Below, in pieces: positions 9,112 to 20,217 of a DNA stretch of 64,000 nt. A program made the translations under genes and the position numbers. Location: positions 96,001 through 160,000 of the forward strand of contig CBDCGL010000011.1 in NCBI GenBank assembly GCA_965216755.1. Reading direction: 5' to 3'. Below the pieces are notes generated by a model. That model saw nothing but the letters and a program-made list of their open reading frames with translations, had not been told where the DNA came from and searched no databases. Origin of the DNA: Alphaproteobacteria bacterium. GTDB lineage: Bacteria > Pseudomonadota > Alphaproteobacteria > UBA7887. Every line of letters begins with the position of its first letter. Positions within the stretch are counted from its first letter, which is position 1.

Positions 9112-9576
9112 ATGAAAACGTATTCCGCAAAACCAGCCGAGGTCGAGCGAAAGTGGTTTGTGATCGACGCCGAGGGTGTTGTCCTTGGTCGGCTGGCTTC
9201 GTTTGTCGCCAATCGCTTGCGCGGCAAGCACAAACCAATATACACGCCGCATATCGATTGCGGCGATAACATCATTGTGGTCAATGCCGACAAAGTGCGA
9301 CTCACGGGCCGCAAAGCGGCCAACAAGATCCATTATTGGCATACGGGGTATCCCGGTGGCATCAAGAGCCGGACGTACGGTGCGATGTTGACTGGCAAAC
9401 ACCCGGAACGCGTCGTCATCAAGGCGATCGAGCGTATGGTGCCACGCGGACCTTTGGGGCGTGATCAGATGCGCAAATTGCATGTCTACGCGGGGGCTGG
9501 TCATCCACACGCGGCGCAAGAGCCGGAATCGATAGATCTGGCGGCGATGAACCCAAAGAATAAGAGGGCTGGATAA
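9112..9576 (+). CDS. rplM: 50S ribosomal protein L13
   Basis: [27 protein letters not shown] and HPHAAQ motifs. Confidence 0.98.
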   Translation: MKTYSAKPAEVERKWFVIDAEGVVLGRLASFVANRLRGKHKPIYTPHIDCGDNIIVVNADKVRLTGRKAANKIHYWHTGYPGGIKSRTYGAMLTGKHPERVVIKAIERMVPRGPLGRDQMRKLHVYAGAGHPHAAQEPESIDLAAMNPKNKRAG

Positions 9577-9578
9577 CC

Positions 9579-10103
9579 GTGGCCGAAGAGAAGAAAACGC
9601 TTGAGGACCTAAAGGAACTTACGGAGCAAGCGCAAGCGTCCACACAGGAGTCCGGCGATGTTCCGCCGCCCGACGAAGCACTGGAATCGGTCCGTGCAGA
9701 ACCACAGATCGATGCACTCGGGCGGTCCTATGCGACAGGACGGCGCAAGGATGCAATCGCCCGTGTTTGGTTGAAACCGGGCTCCGGCAAGGTCACCGTA
9801 AACAAGCGTGCGCAAGAAGTGTATTTCGCTCGACCGGTGTTGCGTATGTTGTTGACGCAGCCGTTTGAGGTCGCTGGGCGCGCAAATCAGTATGATGTGT
9901 GGTGCACGGTTCGCGGCGGCGGATTGTCGGGGCAAGCGGGTGCCGTGCGTCACGGGATCAGCCGCGCCTTGGTTGCCTACGAGCCCGAACTCCGTCCCGC
10001 CCTCAAGAAAGGTGGCTTTCTGACTCGCGATGCGCGCGTTGTAGAGCGCAAGAAATACGGTAAACCGAAAGCACGTCGCAGCTTTCAGTTTTCGAAGCGT
10101 TAG
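9579..10103 (+). CDS. rpsI: 30S ribosomal protein S9
   Basis: [23 protein letters not shown]...QFSKR. Confidence 0.98.
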   Translation: MAEEKKTLEDLKELTEQAQASTQESGDVPPPDEALESVRAEPQIDALGRSYATGRRKDAIARVWLKPGSGKVTVNKRAQEVYFARPVLRMLLTQPFEVAGRANQYDVWCTVRGGGLSGQAGAVRHGISRALVAYEPELRPALKKGGFLTRDARVVERKKYGKPKARRSFQFSKR

Positions 10104-10244
10104 GCTCGGATCGCCGCATTTACTTTTGCTTTGCCGCCGGTGTCCGTTCGCCGACGATGTACGGCCAACAATCAAGAAGAAGATTACGGTTGTCGGACCG
10201 GCGCTCTGCACGGATGATGTCCGTTCATGCACGAGGTCGTCGAC

Positions 10245-11297
10245 ATGACCCAGTCAGTTTCAAAAATCAAAGTGGCTGTCTTGGGTGCCAGTGGTTACAC
10301 TGGCGCCGAAACAATTCGGCTCGCAGTTCACCATCCCGCGATTGAAATTGCTGCGTTGACGGCGGATCGCCACGCTGGTGAAGACGTTGGTGCCGTCTAC
10401 CCACACTTGGCCGGATTGGGATTGCCGGATCTGGAGCGTATCGACGAGATCGATTTTACGATGCTCGACGCGGTGTTTTGCTGTCTGCCACATGGAACAA
10501 CGCAAGACGTGATTGCGGCACTGCCGAGTCACCTAAAGGTCGTCGACCTTTCGGCGGATTTCAGATTAAACGATTTCGACACGTACGAAACTTGGTACGG
10601 GCACGCCCATCGGGCCCCCGAATTGCAGTCACAAGCTGTATACGGACTCACTGAGATGGCACGGGAACGCATTACGGGCGCGCGCCTAATTGCGTGCCCT
10701 GGCTGCTATCCGACCTGTGCCTTGTTGCCCCTGTTGCCACTGATCGATGACCGTCTCATCGATATTCGCAATATCATCGTTGATGCCAAGTCCGGGGTAA
10801 CCGGAGCGGGGCGGGCCGCCAAACAGGTTATGCTGTATGGAGAAATTGCTGAGGGCCTTAACGCTTACGGTATCGCCAATCACCGGCATACGCCGGAAAT
10901 GGAACAGGAATTATCTCACCTGGCAGGTACGCCATTGACGGTGACGTTTACCCCGCATTTGGTGCCGATGAACCGTGGAATTCTTTCAACCATCTATGTT
11001 CAGCTGGCAGATGGTTTAACGGCTACTGATTTACGGCAAGGGCTATTATCACGCTATCAAGACGAGCCGTTTATTCGGGTCACGCCACAAGGTGCGGCGC
11101 CCGCGACACGTCATGTGCGCGGATCAAACTATTGTTTGATGGGTGTTTTCGACGATCGGGTGGACGGACGCGCGATCTTGGTTGCAGCCATTGACAATTT
11201 GGTCAAGGGGTCCTCGGGCCAAGCTGTGCAGAATTTCAATGTCGCGTTTGGCCTGCCGGAGACGACCGGACTGGAGCAGGAGCCGCTATTTCCATAA
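10245..11297 (+). CDS. argC: N-acetyl-gamma-glutamyl-phosphate reductase
   Basis: GASGYTG, DLSADFR, PGCYPT, SGVTGAGR, DNLVKG; GAGG RBS ahead of ATG 10245. Confidence 0.96.
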   Translation: MTQSVSKIKVAVLGASGYTGAETIRLAVHHPAIEIAALTADRHAGEDVGAVYPHLAGLGLPDLERIDEIDFTMLDAVFCCLPHGTTQDVIAALPSHLKVVDLSADFRLNDFDTYETWYGHAHRAPELQSQAVYGLTEMARERITGARLIACPGCYPTCALLPLLPLIDDRLIDIRNIIVDAKSGVTGAGRAAKQVMLYGEIAEGLNAYGIANHRHTPEMEQELSHLAGTPLTVTFTPHLVPMNRGILSTIYVQLADGLTATDLRQGLLSRYQDEPFIRVTPQGAAPATRHVRGSNYCLMGVFDDRVDGRAILVAAIDNLVKGSSGQAVQNFNVAFGLPETTGLEQEPLFP

Positions 11298-11399
11298 CCG
11301 CGTCCGAAGTATATTTTGTGACCAGGCCATCATGCCTGCTTCAGATCGGGGCGTGCATAATGCCAATCGCGCAGGGTCCGACGGCGACCGTGAACCGGC

Positions 11400-11831
11400 A
11401 TGGCTAGCGATTACAGCGCGATCAAGCAAAGTGCCGTGCTGCCTTATCGTTGGCGAAAAGGCAAACTTGAAATCTTGCTTGTTACGTCTTTGGATACCGG
11501 CCGGTGGGTTATTCCGAAGGGGAATATTGCCGCCGGCCTTACGGCAAGGGGTTCGGCGATCAAGGAAGCTTTCGAAGAGGCCGGAATTACGGGCAAAACC
11601 GCGGAAGAAAGTATTGGTGCCTTCAATTATGCGAAAACCGAGTTGAAGGGTGGCTGGGTTTGCCGGGTCGATGTGTTTCCAATGCGCGTTAAAGAGGAGG
11701 TATGCAAGTGGCCGGAAAAAGGCCAACGGCACCGGGAGTGGAAACCACTCGGTGCCGCGGCCGCGGTCGTCGATGAGGACGAACTTCGGCGCTTGATGCT
11801 CAAGTTTGGCGAGGCGCTTCGGCCGGATTGA
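11400..11831 (+). CDS. Nudix hydrolase (Ap6A/polyphosphate-type subfamily)
   Basis: RWVIPKG...SAIKEAFEEAG Nudix box; WPE..R.REW. Confidence 0.85.
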   Translation: MASDYSAIKQSAVLPYRWRKGKLEILLVTSLDTGRWVIPKGNIAAGLTARGSAIKEAFEEAGITGKTAEESIGAFNYAKTELKGGWVCRVDVFPMRVKEEVCKWPEKGQRHREWKPLGAAAAVVDEDELRRLMLKFGEALRPD

Positions 11832-11886
11832 TCTGGTCGATCATTCCCAATTCATCATGCCGTGCGCCAGTGCAGACGTGTTTCAA

Positions 11887-12915
11887 TCATGGCTCTGGTG
11901 AGACACGCACGACCAGCTTGCCAAAGTTCTTGCCCTTCAAGAGACCGATCAATCCGTTCGGGGCATTCTCCAGACCGTCAATGAAGTCCTCGCGATACTT
12001 GATATTGCCTGTCTGCACCCAACCGCCGACATCTCGCAAGAAGTCTCCCAACTGGTCGGCGTAATCTCGGACGATGAACCCGCGCACAGTGATGCGGTTG
12101 ACCAGTATGCGCATCATGAACGCTGGTAGGTGATCCGGGCCCGAAGGTAGCGCGGTGTCGTTGTAGTGCGAAATCATCCCACAAACGGGTATGCGAGATA
12201 ACATGTTCATTAGCGGAAACACAGCCCTTAGCACGGGCCCACCAACATTCTCGAAGTAGACATCGATGCCGTCTGGACATGCCTCAGCCAGCGTTTCGTT
12301 AAGATTTGACGCCCGATGGTCGACACAAGCATCAAAACCCAGTTCCTCCGTGACAAAGGCACATTTTTCAGGGCCTCCAGCAATCCCGACAGTGCGGCAG
12401 CCTTTGATTTTGGCAATTTGCCCAACGACGCTACCCACCGCGCCAGAGGCTGCCGCGACCACGACTGTTTCGCCCGACTTAGGTTGGCCCAGATTCAGAA
12501 GGCCCGTGTACGCGGTCATTCCCGGCATACCAAGAACACCGAGCGCTGTCGAAAGCGGCGCAATATTGCGGTCGACTTTGCGCATATCCGCGCCGTCGGT
12601 GACTGTGTAATCCTGCCAACCGGCTCGTCCAACGACAACGTCGCCAACCGCGAATTTGTCGTTTTTCGACTCCTCGACCACGCTGACGGTACCACCCTCC
12701 ATGACACCGTCAATTTCGACCGGTGCGGCGTAACTGGCGCCGGCATTCATGCGGCCGCGCATGTAGGGGTCCAACGACAAATAGATCGTGCGACACAGGA
12801 ATTGGCCGTCCCGGGCGATCGGAACGGTACCTTCCTCCAAACGAAAATTCGCGGGCGTGGGTTCACCCTCGGGGCGTGATGCCAACAGGACTCGACGATT
12901 GGTCGTCTGCGTCAT
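11887..12915 (-). CDS. NADP-dependent oxidoreductase (CurA/YncB, prostaglandin reductase-like MDR)
   Basis: SLDPYMRGRM, GMPGMTAY, AASGAVG, YFENVGG, GKNFGK. Confidence 0.9.
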   Translation of the reverse strand: MTQTTNRRVLLASRPEGEPTPANFRLEEGTVPIARDGQFLCRTIYLSLDPYMRGRMNAGASYAAPVEIDGVMEGGTVSVVEESKNDKFAVGDVVVGRAGWQDYTVTDGADMRKVDRNIAPLSTALGVLGMPGMTAYTGLLNLGQPKSGETVVVAAASGAVGSVVGQIAKIKGCRTVGIAGGPEKCAFVTEELGFDACVDHRASNLNETLAEACPDGIDVYFENVGGPVLRAVFPLMNMLSRIPVCGMISHYNDTALPSGPDHLPAFMMRILVNRITVRGFIVRDYADQLGDFLRDVGGWVQTGNIKYREDFIDGLENAPNGLIGLLKGKNFGKLVVRVSPEP

Positions 12916-13105
12916 TTCCGAGCCTTTCGATTTTTGCGGCTGTCAGTAGGACAGCACAGAATACGAACTTGCAACGTGCGAGACCATCCACGTCGCATGC
13001 ATATAACATGACAGGTCAACGCAGATCGCCCCTTCGCGGCGCGAGACAGATCAACAATACTGCGTCAGTGGGTGTTGCAACCAAAACCGAGGAGGCATCG
13101 TCTCG

Positions 13106-14296
13106 ATGGCAGGGCCACTTACGGGTCTGAAGGTTTTGGATCTTTCGCGTTATATCGCTGGCCCCTACTGCGGAATGCTGCTTGGCGATTTGGGTGCAGA
13201 TGTCGTCAAAATCGAGAAACCGGGGGCGGGCGAGGATGCCCGCAAGATTCCGCCGCTTCACGCTGGCGATAGTCTGTTTGTGTTTGTCTTCAACCGGAAC
13301 AAACGAAGTCTCACAATCGATCTTCGTCATCCCGATGGGCCCGGCTTGGTTCGCGAACTCGCCCAACACGCAGACATTCTCATTGAGAATTTCCGACCCG
13401 GCATAATGGAAGAGATCGGCTGTGGTTGGGGCACGCTGCATGGCCTTGACGAAAGGCTGATCATGGCGCGCATATCGGGCTATGGCCAAGACGGCCCCTA
13501 TGCGAAGCGGGCGACTTTTGACGCCATTGCGCAAGCGTCGAGCGGTCTTATGACGTTGACCGGACCCGCTGATGGTCCGCCCACAATCGCGGGCACAACG
13601 ATCGTTGACCACACGACAGGATTGCACGCTGTGATCGGTATCCTGGCTGCGCTACAGGCCCGTCACCAAACCGGCCGAGGGCAATTGGTCGATGCAGCCT
13701 TGTTTGATAGCGCGATGTCAATGATGATGACGGCGATACCGGCATTCGACCTGTTTGGTACGGAATCAGTGCGCGATGGCAACCGTGATCGCTTCGGTGC
13801 GCCTGGCAATGCGTTTCCGACCAAGGACGGCGGCTATGTTTACATCATCGCTGGCGGTGACGATCGGTTTCAGCGATGTACGGCTGCCATGGAACGGCCG
13901 GACTTGCTCGAGGATCGTCGTTTTCAGGACAACGACTCACGGATGGTCAACGTTGCTGCACTAGAGGAGGCGATCTCTGAGTGGACAGCTGCCCGGACCG
14001 CCACCGAAATCGAAGCGATCATGGCCAAGGCTCGGATTCCATGTGGGGTGGTCAAAAAGGTTGCGGATCTATTCGATCATCCACAGGTCAAACATAGACA
14101 TCAGATTCTGGAGGTGCCGCATGCATCGGATGGATCAGTGCGGATGCAAGGTCATATTGCACACCTGTCGGAAAATGCGGCCGACATCCGACGCCCACCA
14201 CCGGCGCCAGGACAACACCGTGCCGAGGTTCTGGCTGAGTGGCTCAGCTACGATGCGTCGCGAATCAGGGCTCTGGCGGACAGCGGCGTGATATGA
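13106..14296 (+). CDS. CaiB/BaiF family III CoA-transferase
   Basis: LGDLGADVVKIE, NRNKRS, ENFRPG, SGYGQDGP. Confidence 0.92.
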   Translation: MAGPLTGLKVLDLSRYIAGPYCGMLLGDLGADVVKIEKPGAGEDARKIPPLHAGDSLFVFVFNRNKRSLTIDLRHPDGPGLVRELAQHADILIENFRPGIMEEIGCGWGTLHGLDERLIMARISGYGQDGPYAKRATFDAIAQASSGLMTLTGPADGPPTIAGTTIVDHTTGLHAVIGILAALQARHQTGRGQLVDAALFDSAMSMMMTAIPAFDLFGTESVRDGNRDRFGAPGNAFPTKDGGYVYIIAGGDDRFQRCTAAMERPDLLEDRRFQDNDSRMVNVAALEEAISEWTAARTATEIEAIMAKARIPCGVVKKVADLFDHPQVKHRHQILEVPHASDGSVRMQGHIAHLSENAADIRRPPPAPGQHRAEVLAEWLSYDASRIRALADSGVI

Positions 14297-14394
14297 ACCC
14301 AAATCACCCGAGGGACAGTGGTTCTCGCGATCGCGTTGTCACCTTACTGATGGACGGCTTCGGCAGCGGGGACATGGTCTCGCTGGAAAATGCG

Positions 14395-15189
14395 CTAGCG
14401 GCCACGAAACACCGGTGTGCGTTTTTCTACGAACGCTTTGGCAGCCTCTTTGTGGTCTTCCGTCATTCCGCAGCGCGTATGATGCAAGGCCTCCATATCC
14501 AGAAGCTGCGTCAACGGCGCATGCTCGGATGTATTCATGTTGCGTTTCATGTAGCCGAGCGCGATCGACGGGCCACTGGCTAACTGCGCGGCGAGGGCGC
14601 GTGATTCCACCATGAGTTCGTCGTCGGACACCAGGCGATTGATCATTCCCAACGCATGCGCGGTTTCGGCATCGATCAAGTCGGCCGTGTAATATAGTTC
14701 TCGAGCCTTGCCCGTGCCAATGATCTTGCTCAAAAAGTAGCTGCCGCCGAAATCACCCGAATAACCAACGCGACCAAACGCTGTCGTGAACTTCGCGGAC
14801 GATGCGGCAACACGGATATCACAGGCTAGTGCAATGGATAGCCCGGCACCAGCCGCGGGACCTGGTATGACCGCGATCGTTGGTTTTGGCATCTCATGCA
14901 GCCAGCGAGACACTTCCATATAGCTGCGCAATTTTGCCACCTTGCCCTCAAGGTCATCCGCGGCAAACTCGGACCCCTCGGCCATCGCCTTGACGTCGCC
15001 GCCGGAACAAAAAGCACCGCCAGTGCCGGTCAGGATGACCGCGCCGACATCACGATTTTCCGCAACCTCCGGTAGGGTGTCCAGCATCGCATTCAACATC
15101 GCTGGCGACAATGCGTTGCGGCGCTCAGGGCGGTTCATTGTCAAAGTCGCGACGCGATCGGAAATCTCTACAATCAGATCATCGGCCAC
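14395..15189 (-). CDS. enoyl-CoA hydratase/isomerase (PaaG-like)
   Basis: NRPERRNAL, FCSGGDV, GAGLSIALACD, AFVEKR. Confidence 0.9.
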   Translation of the reverse strand: MADDLIVEISDRVATLTMNRPERRNALSPAMLNAMLDTLPEVAENRDVGAVILTGTGGAFCSGGDVKAMAEGSEFAADDLEGKVAKLRSYMEVSRWLHEMPKPTIAVIPGPAAGAGLSIALACDIRVAASSAKFTTAFGRVGYSGDFGGSYFLSKIIGTGKARELYYTADLIDAETAHALGMINRLVSDDELMVESRALAAQLASGPSIALGYMKRNMNTSEHAPLTQLLDMEALHHTRCGMTEDHKEAAKAFVEKRTPVFRGR

Positions 15190-15215
15190 ATTTCAGTTTC
15201 CTTGTTTAGTAGCTG

Positions 15216-15911
15216 TCATACTTCCAGCCATTCCCGTCGGACGTCTTCGTCGTTTAGGAAATCTTCAACGGACCCGTCAAACACAATTTTACCATGGCCC
15301 ATAACGAAGATCCGGCTCGAGATCTTCAAAGCGATATCTAGCTTTTGTTCGACCAAAAGAATGGAAATCCCTCTGCGCGCAATTTCGGCCAGCAGATTAC
15401 TGACCTGTTGCACAAGCTTTGGCGCGAGTCCTTCGGTTGGCTCGTCGATCATGATCAGATCCGGATCGCCCATCAATGTGCGGCACATTGTGAGCATTTG
15501 TTTCTCGCCTCCGGAAATCACGCTGCCCAGCGTATCTGCTCGTTCTTCGAGATTCGGAAACATGGAGAACATGTCGTCGATGGACCAGCGGCCGCTGCGC
15601 CTCATATCCTTAATCCCGAGGATTAAGTTCTGCCGGACGGTAAGCGTTGGGAAAATGTTCCGATTTTCTGGGACGTAGCCGATGCCACTGCGCGCGATCC
15701 GATGAATCTTCATCCCCGCGATATTGCGGCCTTGAAATTCAATGGTTCCAATGGGCACGACCTCACCCATGATCGCTTTCAGAGTGGTCGAGCGGCCAAC
15801 ACCATTACGTCCAAGCAAACTGACAATTTCGCCCGGTTGAACATCAAGATTCACGCCTTGAAGAATATGGCTTTTGCCGTAGTAGGCATGCAGGTCGCGG
15901 ACGGTAAGCAT
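15216..15911 (-). CDS. Liv-type ABC transporter ATP-binding protein (LivF-like)
   Basis: GRNGVGRST Walker A variant, ISGGEKQM, IDEPTEGLAP. Confidence 0.92.
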   Translation of the reverse strand: MLTVRDLHAYYGKSHILQGVNLDVQPGEIVSLLGRNGVGRSTTLKAIMGEVVPIGTIEFQGRNIAGMKIHRIARSGIGYVPENRNIFPTLTVRQNLILGIKDMRRSGRWSIDDMFSMFPNLEERADTLGSVISGGEKQMLTMCRTLMGDPDLIMIDEPTEGLAPKLVQQVSNLLAEIARRGISILLVEQKLDIALKISSRIFVMGHGKIVFDGSVEDFLNDEDVRREWLEV

Positions 15912-16660
15912 TACGTCGCGTCGGTGCCAAGATAGGCTTGCTGGACGCTCTTGTTATTGCGGATTTCATCAGGCGTGCCAGTCGCGATAATTTCACCATA
16001 TACAAGAACCGATATCCGATCGGCCAAATCGAAAACAACACGCATGTCGTGTTCCACGATTACCAGGGTTTTGCCTTCGGAGACAGAACGGATCAATGCG
16101 ACCGCCTGGGCGATTTCCGTGTTGCTCATGCCGGCCGTTGGCTCGTCAAGCATGATAACGTCGGCGCCGCCGGCAATCGTGATTCCCAGCTCCAAAGCGC
16201 GTTGGTCAGCGTAAGACAGCGATCCTGCCGGCAGCGCACGTTTTTCATACAGGCCAATTTGGTCAAGGACTTCATCGGCATGGTCGCATACATCGCGACA
16301 TCGCGACACCAACTTCCAAAAGACATACTTGTAGCCTTTAGACCAAAGGGTGCCGCAGCGAATATTGTCTTGCACCGTCATGCGGTGAAAAATGTTGGTC
16401 ACCTGAAAACTGCGGCTCAAGCCAAGGCGTGTAATCTGGTGGGCGACCTTGCCGGTAACATCCTGCCCCTTGAGGTGGATTCTTCCGCGCGTCGTCGGGA
16501 ACAAGCCGCTGATCAAGTTGAACAGAGTTGATTTGCCCGCGCCATTCGGACCGATGATGGCGTGGCGCTCGCCAGCCTCGACTATAAGATCGACGCCGCG
16601 AATGATTTCGGATTTGCCGAAGGACTTGTAGATGTTGACGAGCTGCAGGGCGGCAGTCAT
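15911..16660 (-). CDS. Liv-type ABC transporter ATP-binding protein (LivG-like)
   Basis: GPNGAGKST, LSYADQR, LDEPTAG, VEHDM, AYLG; start at ATGA overlap. Confidence 0.92.
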   Translation of the reverse strand: MTAALQLVNIYKSFGKSEIIRGVDLIVEAGERHAIIGPNGAGKSTLFNLISGLFPTTRGRIHLKGQDVTGKVAHQITRLGLSRSFQVTNIFHRMTVQDNIRCGTLWSKGYKYVFWKLVSRCRDVCDHADEVLDQIGLYEKRALPAGSLSYADQRALELGITIAGGADVIMLDEPTAGMSNTEIAQAVALIRSVSEGKTLVIVEHDMRVVFDLADRISVLVYGEIIATGTPDEIRNNKSVQQAYLGTDAT

Positions 16661-17919
16661 GACATCAGCGATTCCCGTGATTGCGCGACGGCAACGTTCC
16701 ACGCACGTGCCGCCCCGGGAAACGTGCGACGCACGGCGAACACACCCATAGCGAATAGTGCGCAAAAACCGAGCCATGGAAAAACGGCGTGCGGATCTAC
16801 GCTAAGACCGTAGATCGTCAAGCCGCCGCCACCCAATTGGGAGCTCATGAAATAAAGCATTTCGATCAGTCCAATCGCTCCAAGTAGTGCCATCAGCAAA
16901 GCAACGAGGAAAAGCGCGTAGGGCACGACAAGTGGGATAAGCAAGCGCGCGTTCGCTTTTGCGATTGGCTCATGCATGGTGACAAGTCCGGCCAAACCGC
17001 CTGGAAAGAACATGATCACGGCGACGAACAACAAACCGAGATACAGATACCACGCTTCGGAGAATTCACTGAGCACGCCATTGAGATAGGTAATAAGGAT
17101 GGCCCCGATTATGGGGCCGGCAAACGTTCCCACACCCCCAATGTAGGCCATAAACAAAACCAAACCCGATTGGACCGCACTGACTTGTTCGAAACCGACA
17201 TGCTCAACATTAATGGCATGCAGCGAACCCGCGACCCCGGCAAAAAACGCCGAGAGCGAGAACGCCAACCAACGCACATGTTGACTGTTGTAACCGACAA
17301 ATGCCGTGCGCTCCGGATTGTCTCGGACTGCGTTCGACATCCGACCAAAGGGCGTCTTGGTAAGGCCGTACATGGCGAAAGCGCACAGAAGGCACCAGCC
17401 CGCTATTAAATAATAGACCTCGATATTGGGTCCATAGCTGATCCCCAGAGGTTCGGGGCCAACCACGCGGTCGGTTTGAATGCCGTCTTCACCGTTGAAA
17501 ATGGCCACAAAAATCAGGGTCAATGCGGTTACCATTTCGCCAAACCCCAGCGAGATCATGGCGAATGTCGTACCGGCGCGACGCGTTGAGACATACCCGA
17601 CCAAAATGCCAAAGAGCATCCCGACCACGCCGCCGAGGATTGGAATCAAAGTTACTGGAAAAAATGGGACAAGCTCGTCATAGACAAAGTTCAAATAGTG
17701 AACCGTAAAGTAACCGGCCAAACCAAAATATATCGCATGGCCAAATGACAGCATGCCACCTTGACCCAACAGCATGTTGTATGCCAGCGCAAAAATGATC
17801 AGCACGCCCATCTGGCTCATCAAAGTGAGCGAGAATCCGGATGTAAAGATGAACGGCAGGACAATCATTGCGGTCGCGGCGAGAGCCCATACCAAGCCGC
17901 CTCGAAGACCGTTGATCAT
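16657..17919 (-). CDS. Liv-type ABC transporter permease (LivM-like)
   Basis: GMLSFGHA, FAMISLGFGE, AVRDNPER; multiple hydrophobic helices. Confidence 0.9.
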   Translation of the reverse strand: MINGLRGGLVWALAATAMIVLPFIFTSGFSLTLMSQMGVLIIFALAYNMLLGQGGMLSFGHAIYFGLAGYFTVHYLNFVYDELVPFFPVTLIPILGGVVGMLFGILVGYVSTRRAGTTFAMISLGFGEMVTALTLIFVAIFNGEDGIQTDRVVGPEPLGISYGPNIEVYYLIAGWCLLCAFAMYGLTKTPFGRMSNAVRDNPERTAFVGYNSQHVRWLAFSLSAFFAGVAGSLHAINVEHVGFEQVSAVQSGLVLFMAYIGGVGTFAGPIIGAILITYLNGVLSEFSEAWYLYLGLLFVAVIMFFPGGLAGLVTMHEPIAKANARLLIPLVVPYALFLVALLMALLGAIGLIEMLYFMSSQLGGGGLTIYGLSVDPHAVFPWLGFCALFAMGVFAVRRTFPGAARAWNVAVAQSRESLMS

Positions 17920-18863
17920 ACGTCGCGAGTCCCGAACATACCGCGGGGGCGGAAGATCAGCATAAGCACCAGCAAAAGATAGGGTAGGACCGGTGATACT
18001 TGAGCCGTGGTCATATAAGTCAAATCTCGGAACAAGCTTTCGGCATCAACTTGTAAACCCAATGCAAGGATAAAATTGTTCAAGCCGAAATCGTAAAAAA
18101 CCGCCAGTGTTTGCATCACGCCGATGATCAGTGAAGCGACCAACGCGCCGCCCAGCGACCCGAGTCCACCGATAACGATAACAACAAATACGATGGGGCC
18201 GAGCTGTAGCGCCATGGCCGGTTCCGTGCCCAACACATTTCCGCCGATCACGCCTGCAATCGCGGCTAGGGCACAGCCGAGTCCAAACGTCATCATGAAG
18301 ATTTTCGGAACGTCATGTCCTAATGTGGCGACGTGTATCGGGTCCGAAACCGCGGCGCGAATGATCAAGCCAATCCGCGTGCGCGTGAGGAGGAGAAGCA
18401 GGGCGACAAATATACCTACCGACACGACGAGCATAAACACCCGATATGCGGAATATCCGAGACCGGACCAAGAAAACAGCGTGTAGTTAAGAGATTTTGG
18501 GATTTCGTAAGGGACCGGTACGCGGCCCCATATCATCTGGACTGCTTCCTCTATGACGAACGCGATGCCGAACGTAAACAACAACTCGGCAACATGTCCA
18601 TACCGGTGAACATGTCGCAATCCGAACCTTTCGATCGCTGCGCCCACGATGCCGACGATTAAAGGGGCGATCAGCAGGGCAAGCCAAAAGTTGAAATGCG
18701 TGCTTATTTCGTAGGCAAAATATGCCCCTAGCATGAAGAAACTCGCATGGGCGAAATTCAAAACGCCCATCATACTGAATATCAGCGTCAAGCCGCTGGC
18801 CAGCATGAACAACAGCATTCCGTATAGAACACCATTGAATATTGCGAATATAAGACCTTCCAT
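17916..18863 (-). CDS. Liv-type ABC transporter permease (LivH-like)
   Basis: GLTLIFSMMGVLNFAH, GGLGS, RPRGMFG. Confidence 0.9.
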   Translation of the reverse strand: MEGLIFAIFNGVLYGMLLFMLASGLTLIFSMMGVLNFAHASFFMLGAYFAYEISTHFNFWLALLIAPLIVGIVGAAIERFGLRHVHRYGHVAELLFTFGIAFVIEEAVQMIWGRVPVPYEIPKSLNYTLFSWSGLGYSAYRVFMLVVSVGIFVALLLLLTRTRIGLIIRAAVSDPIHVATLGHDVPKIFMMTFGLGCALAAIAGVIGGNVLGTEPAMALQLGPIVFVVIVIGGLGSLGGALVASLIIGVMQTLAVFYDFGLNNFILALGLQVDAESLFRDLTYMTTAQVSPVLPYLLLVLMLIFRPRGMFGTRDV

Positions 18864-18945
18864 GCCGGGCTCCCGTCTGACCGACTCCATCGTCGCCCAA
18901 GGCGCGCGCGGCCGTTCGACCGCAACGCGCAATGGTCGCCAAACG

Positions 18946-20217
18946 TCAGTTCGGCCGTTTCATGTCGCACGTCGTCGGCAGGGTCAGGTCTTCGGCCGAA
19001 ACCCACGCGTCGGTCTGCCACGCAACGCCAAAATCCTCGCCGTTGTAGAGGAATGGCCGCTCGGCCTGGTTGGTCATTGAGCTGATAACCATTGGGAATA
19101 TGATCTGATGGTCGTCGGCGCGCATCTCCACTTCTCCGGCTGGGCCTTTGTAGGTCATGCCTTCAAGGGCGGCGCCGACCAGGGCCGGATCGTCACTGCC
19201 TGCTTTATCCAATGCGGCGGCGAACATGAAGATCAACCACGGAATCCGATCGGAATACATGCTTTTGCCGCTTGAGTCCTTCCAGGCCGCAAGTATGTTG
19301 AGCTGCTCCTGATCTTGCTGGTTATAGATCGGATCGTTTTCGTGCATTTCGGTAATCTGTTTCAATTGAACTGCGAGCCCGTCCGCGCTACCGACGCCTG
19401 CAATTGAGCTCGGGATCCCTCCGTAGATCGTGTAAAAGGGCGTTCGTAGTCCAGAAGATGCCGCAGCTTTGACAAAACGAATCAAATCCGGGCCCCAATT
19501 GCCGGTGAGCACTGTGTCCGCGCCGGATGCCTGTATTTTGGCGACGTAGGGCGTGAAATCGAGCACCTTGCCGAAAGGCACAATCAATTCATCACCAACG
19601 ATTTCGATGTTTGATGCCCGCTCGGCAAGAAATCTTTGAGCTGCTTTCTGGAATGCCTGGCCATAAGCATAGTTCTGATTGAGAAGATAGACTTTTGACA
19701 CATCCTGGTTGCGGCCTATTTGCGTTGCCAAAGCGGCCACTTTCATGTCGACGTTGGCGTCGAACCGGAAGTGCCAAAAAGAGCAAAGATCGTTGGTAAA
19801 ATCCGTCGTTACGGCCGAGTGATTCAAGAATAAGATGGATTGTTCAGGGTTGCGCCGATTGTGCTTTCCCAAGAATTTGATGATATTCAAAGCATGGTTA
19901 GAGCCAACACCTTGGCTGATGAAGCGGAGGCCGTCATCGACCGCTTTGCGCAACTGCTGCGTCGTCTTCTCCGCGTTCATGGCATTGTCGAGCGGCACAA
20001 TCTCAATCGATCGGCCATCAAGAACGCCACCTCTCTGATTGATGACATTGGCGTAGAACTCGTAGATCTCCAATGTGTCCCGCCCGACCGCCGCAATTGG
20101 GCCGGAAAAAGGCTCAATGAGCCCCAACCGAACTGGTTCTTGGCCATGACTCGTGGCGCTGATCACCAGCGTACAGACCGCCACCCAAATGCCGGACCAA
20201 AGCTTTCCATACATCAT
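18946..20217 (-). CDS. Liv-type ABC transporter substrate-binding protein
   Basis: Signal peptide, IEPFSGP, CSFWHFRFDA, GNWGPD, MRADDHQ; GGGAGG RBS. Confidence 0.9.
   Translation of the reverse strand: MMYGKLWSGIWVAVCTLVISATSHGQEPVRLGLIEPFSGPIAAVGRDTLEIYEFYANVINQRGGVLDGRSIEIVPLDNAMNAEKTTQQLRKAVDDGLRFISQGVGSNHALNIIKFLGKHNRRNPEQSILFLNHSAVTTDFTNDLCSFWHFRFDANVDMKVAALATQIGRNQDVSKVYLLNQNYAYGQAFQKAAQRFLAERASNIEIVGDELIVPFGKVLDFTPYVAKIQASGADTVLTGNWGPDLIRFVKAAASSGLRTPFYTIYGGIPSSIAGVGSADGLAVQLKQITEMHENDPIYNQQDQEQLNILAAWKDSSGKSMYSDRIPWLIFMFAAALDKAGSDDPALVGAALEGMTYKGPAGEVEMRADDHQIIFPMVISSMTNQAERPFLYNGEDFGVAWQTDAWVSAEDLTLPTTCDMKRPN

Noticed and set aside
8770-9519. Cys/Arg-rich ORFs 8770..8991, 8795..9238 and 9049..9519
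   Set aside because: Shadow frames of the Flp pilin and rplM
9579-9715. Acidic N-terminal extension on S9
   Set aside because: Common in alphaproteobacterial RpsI
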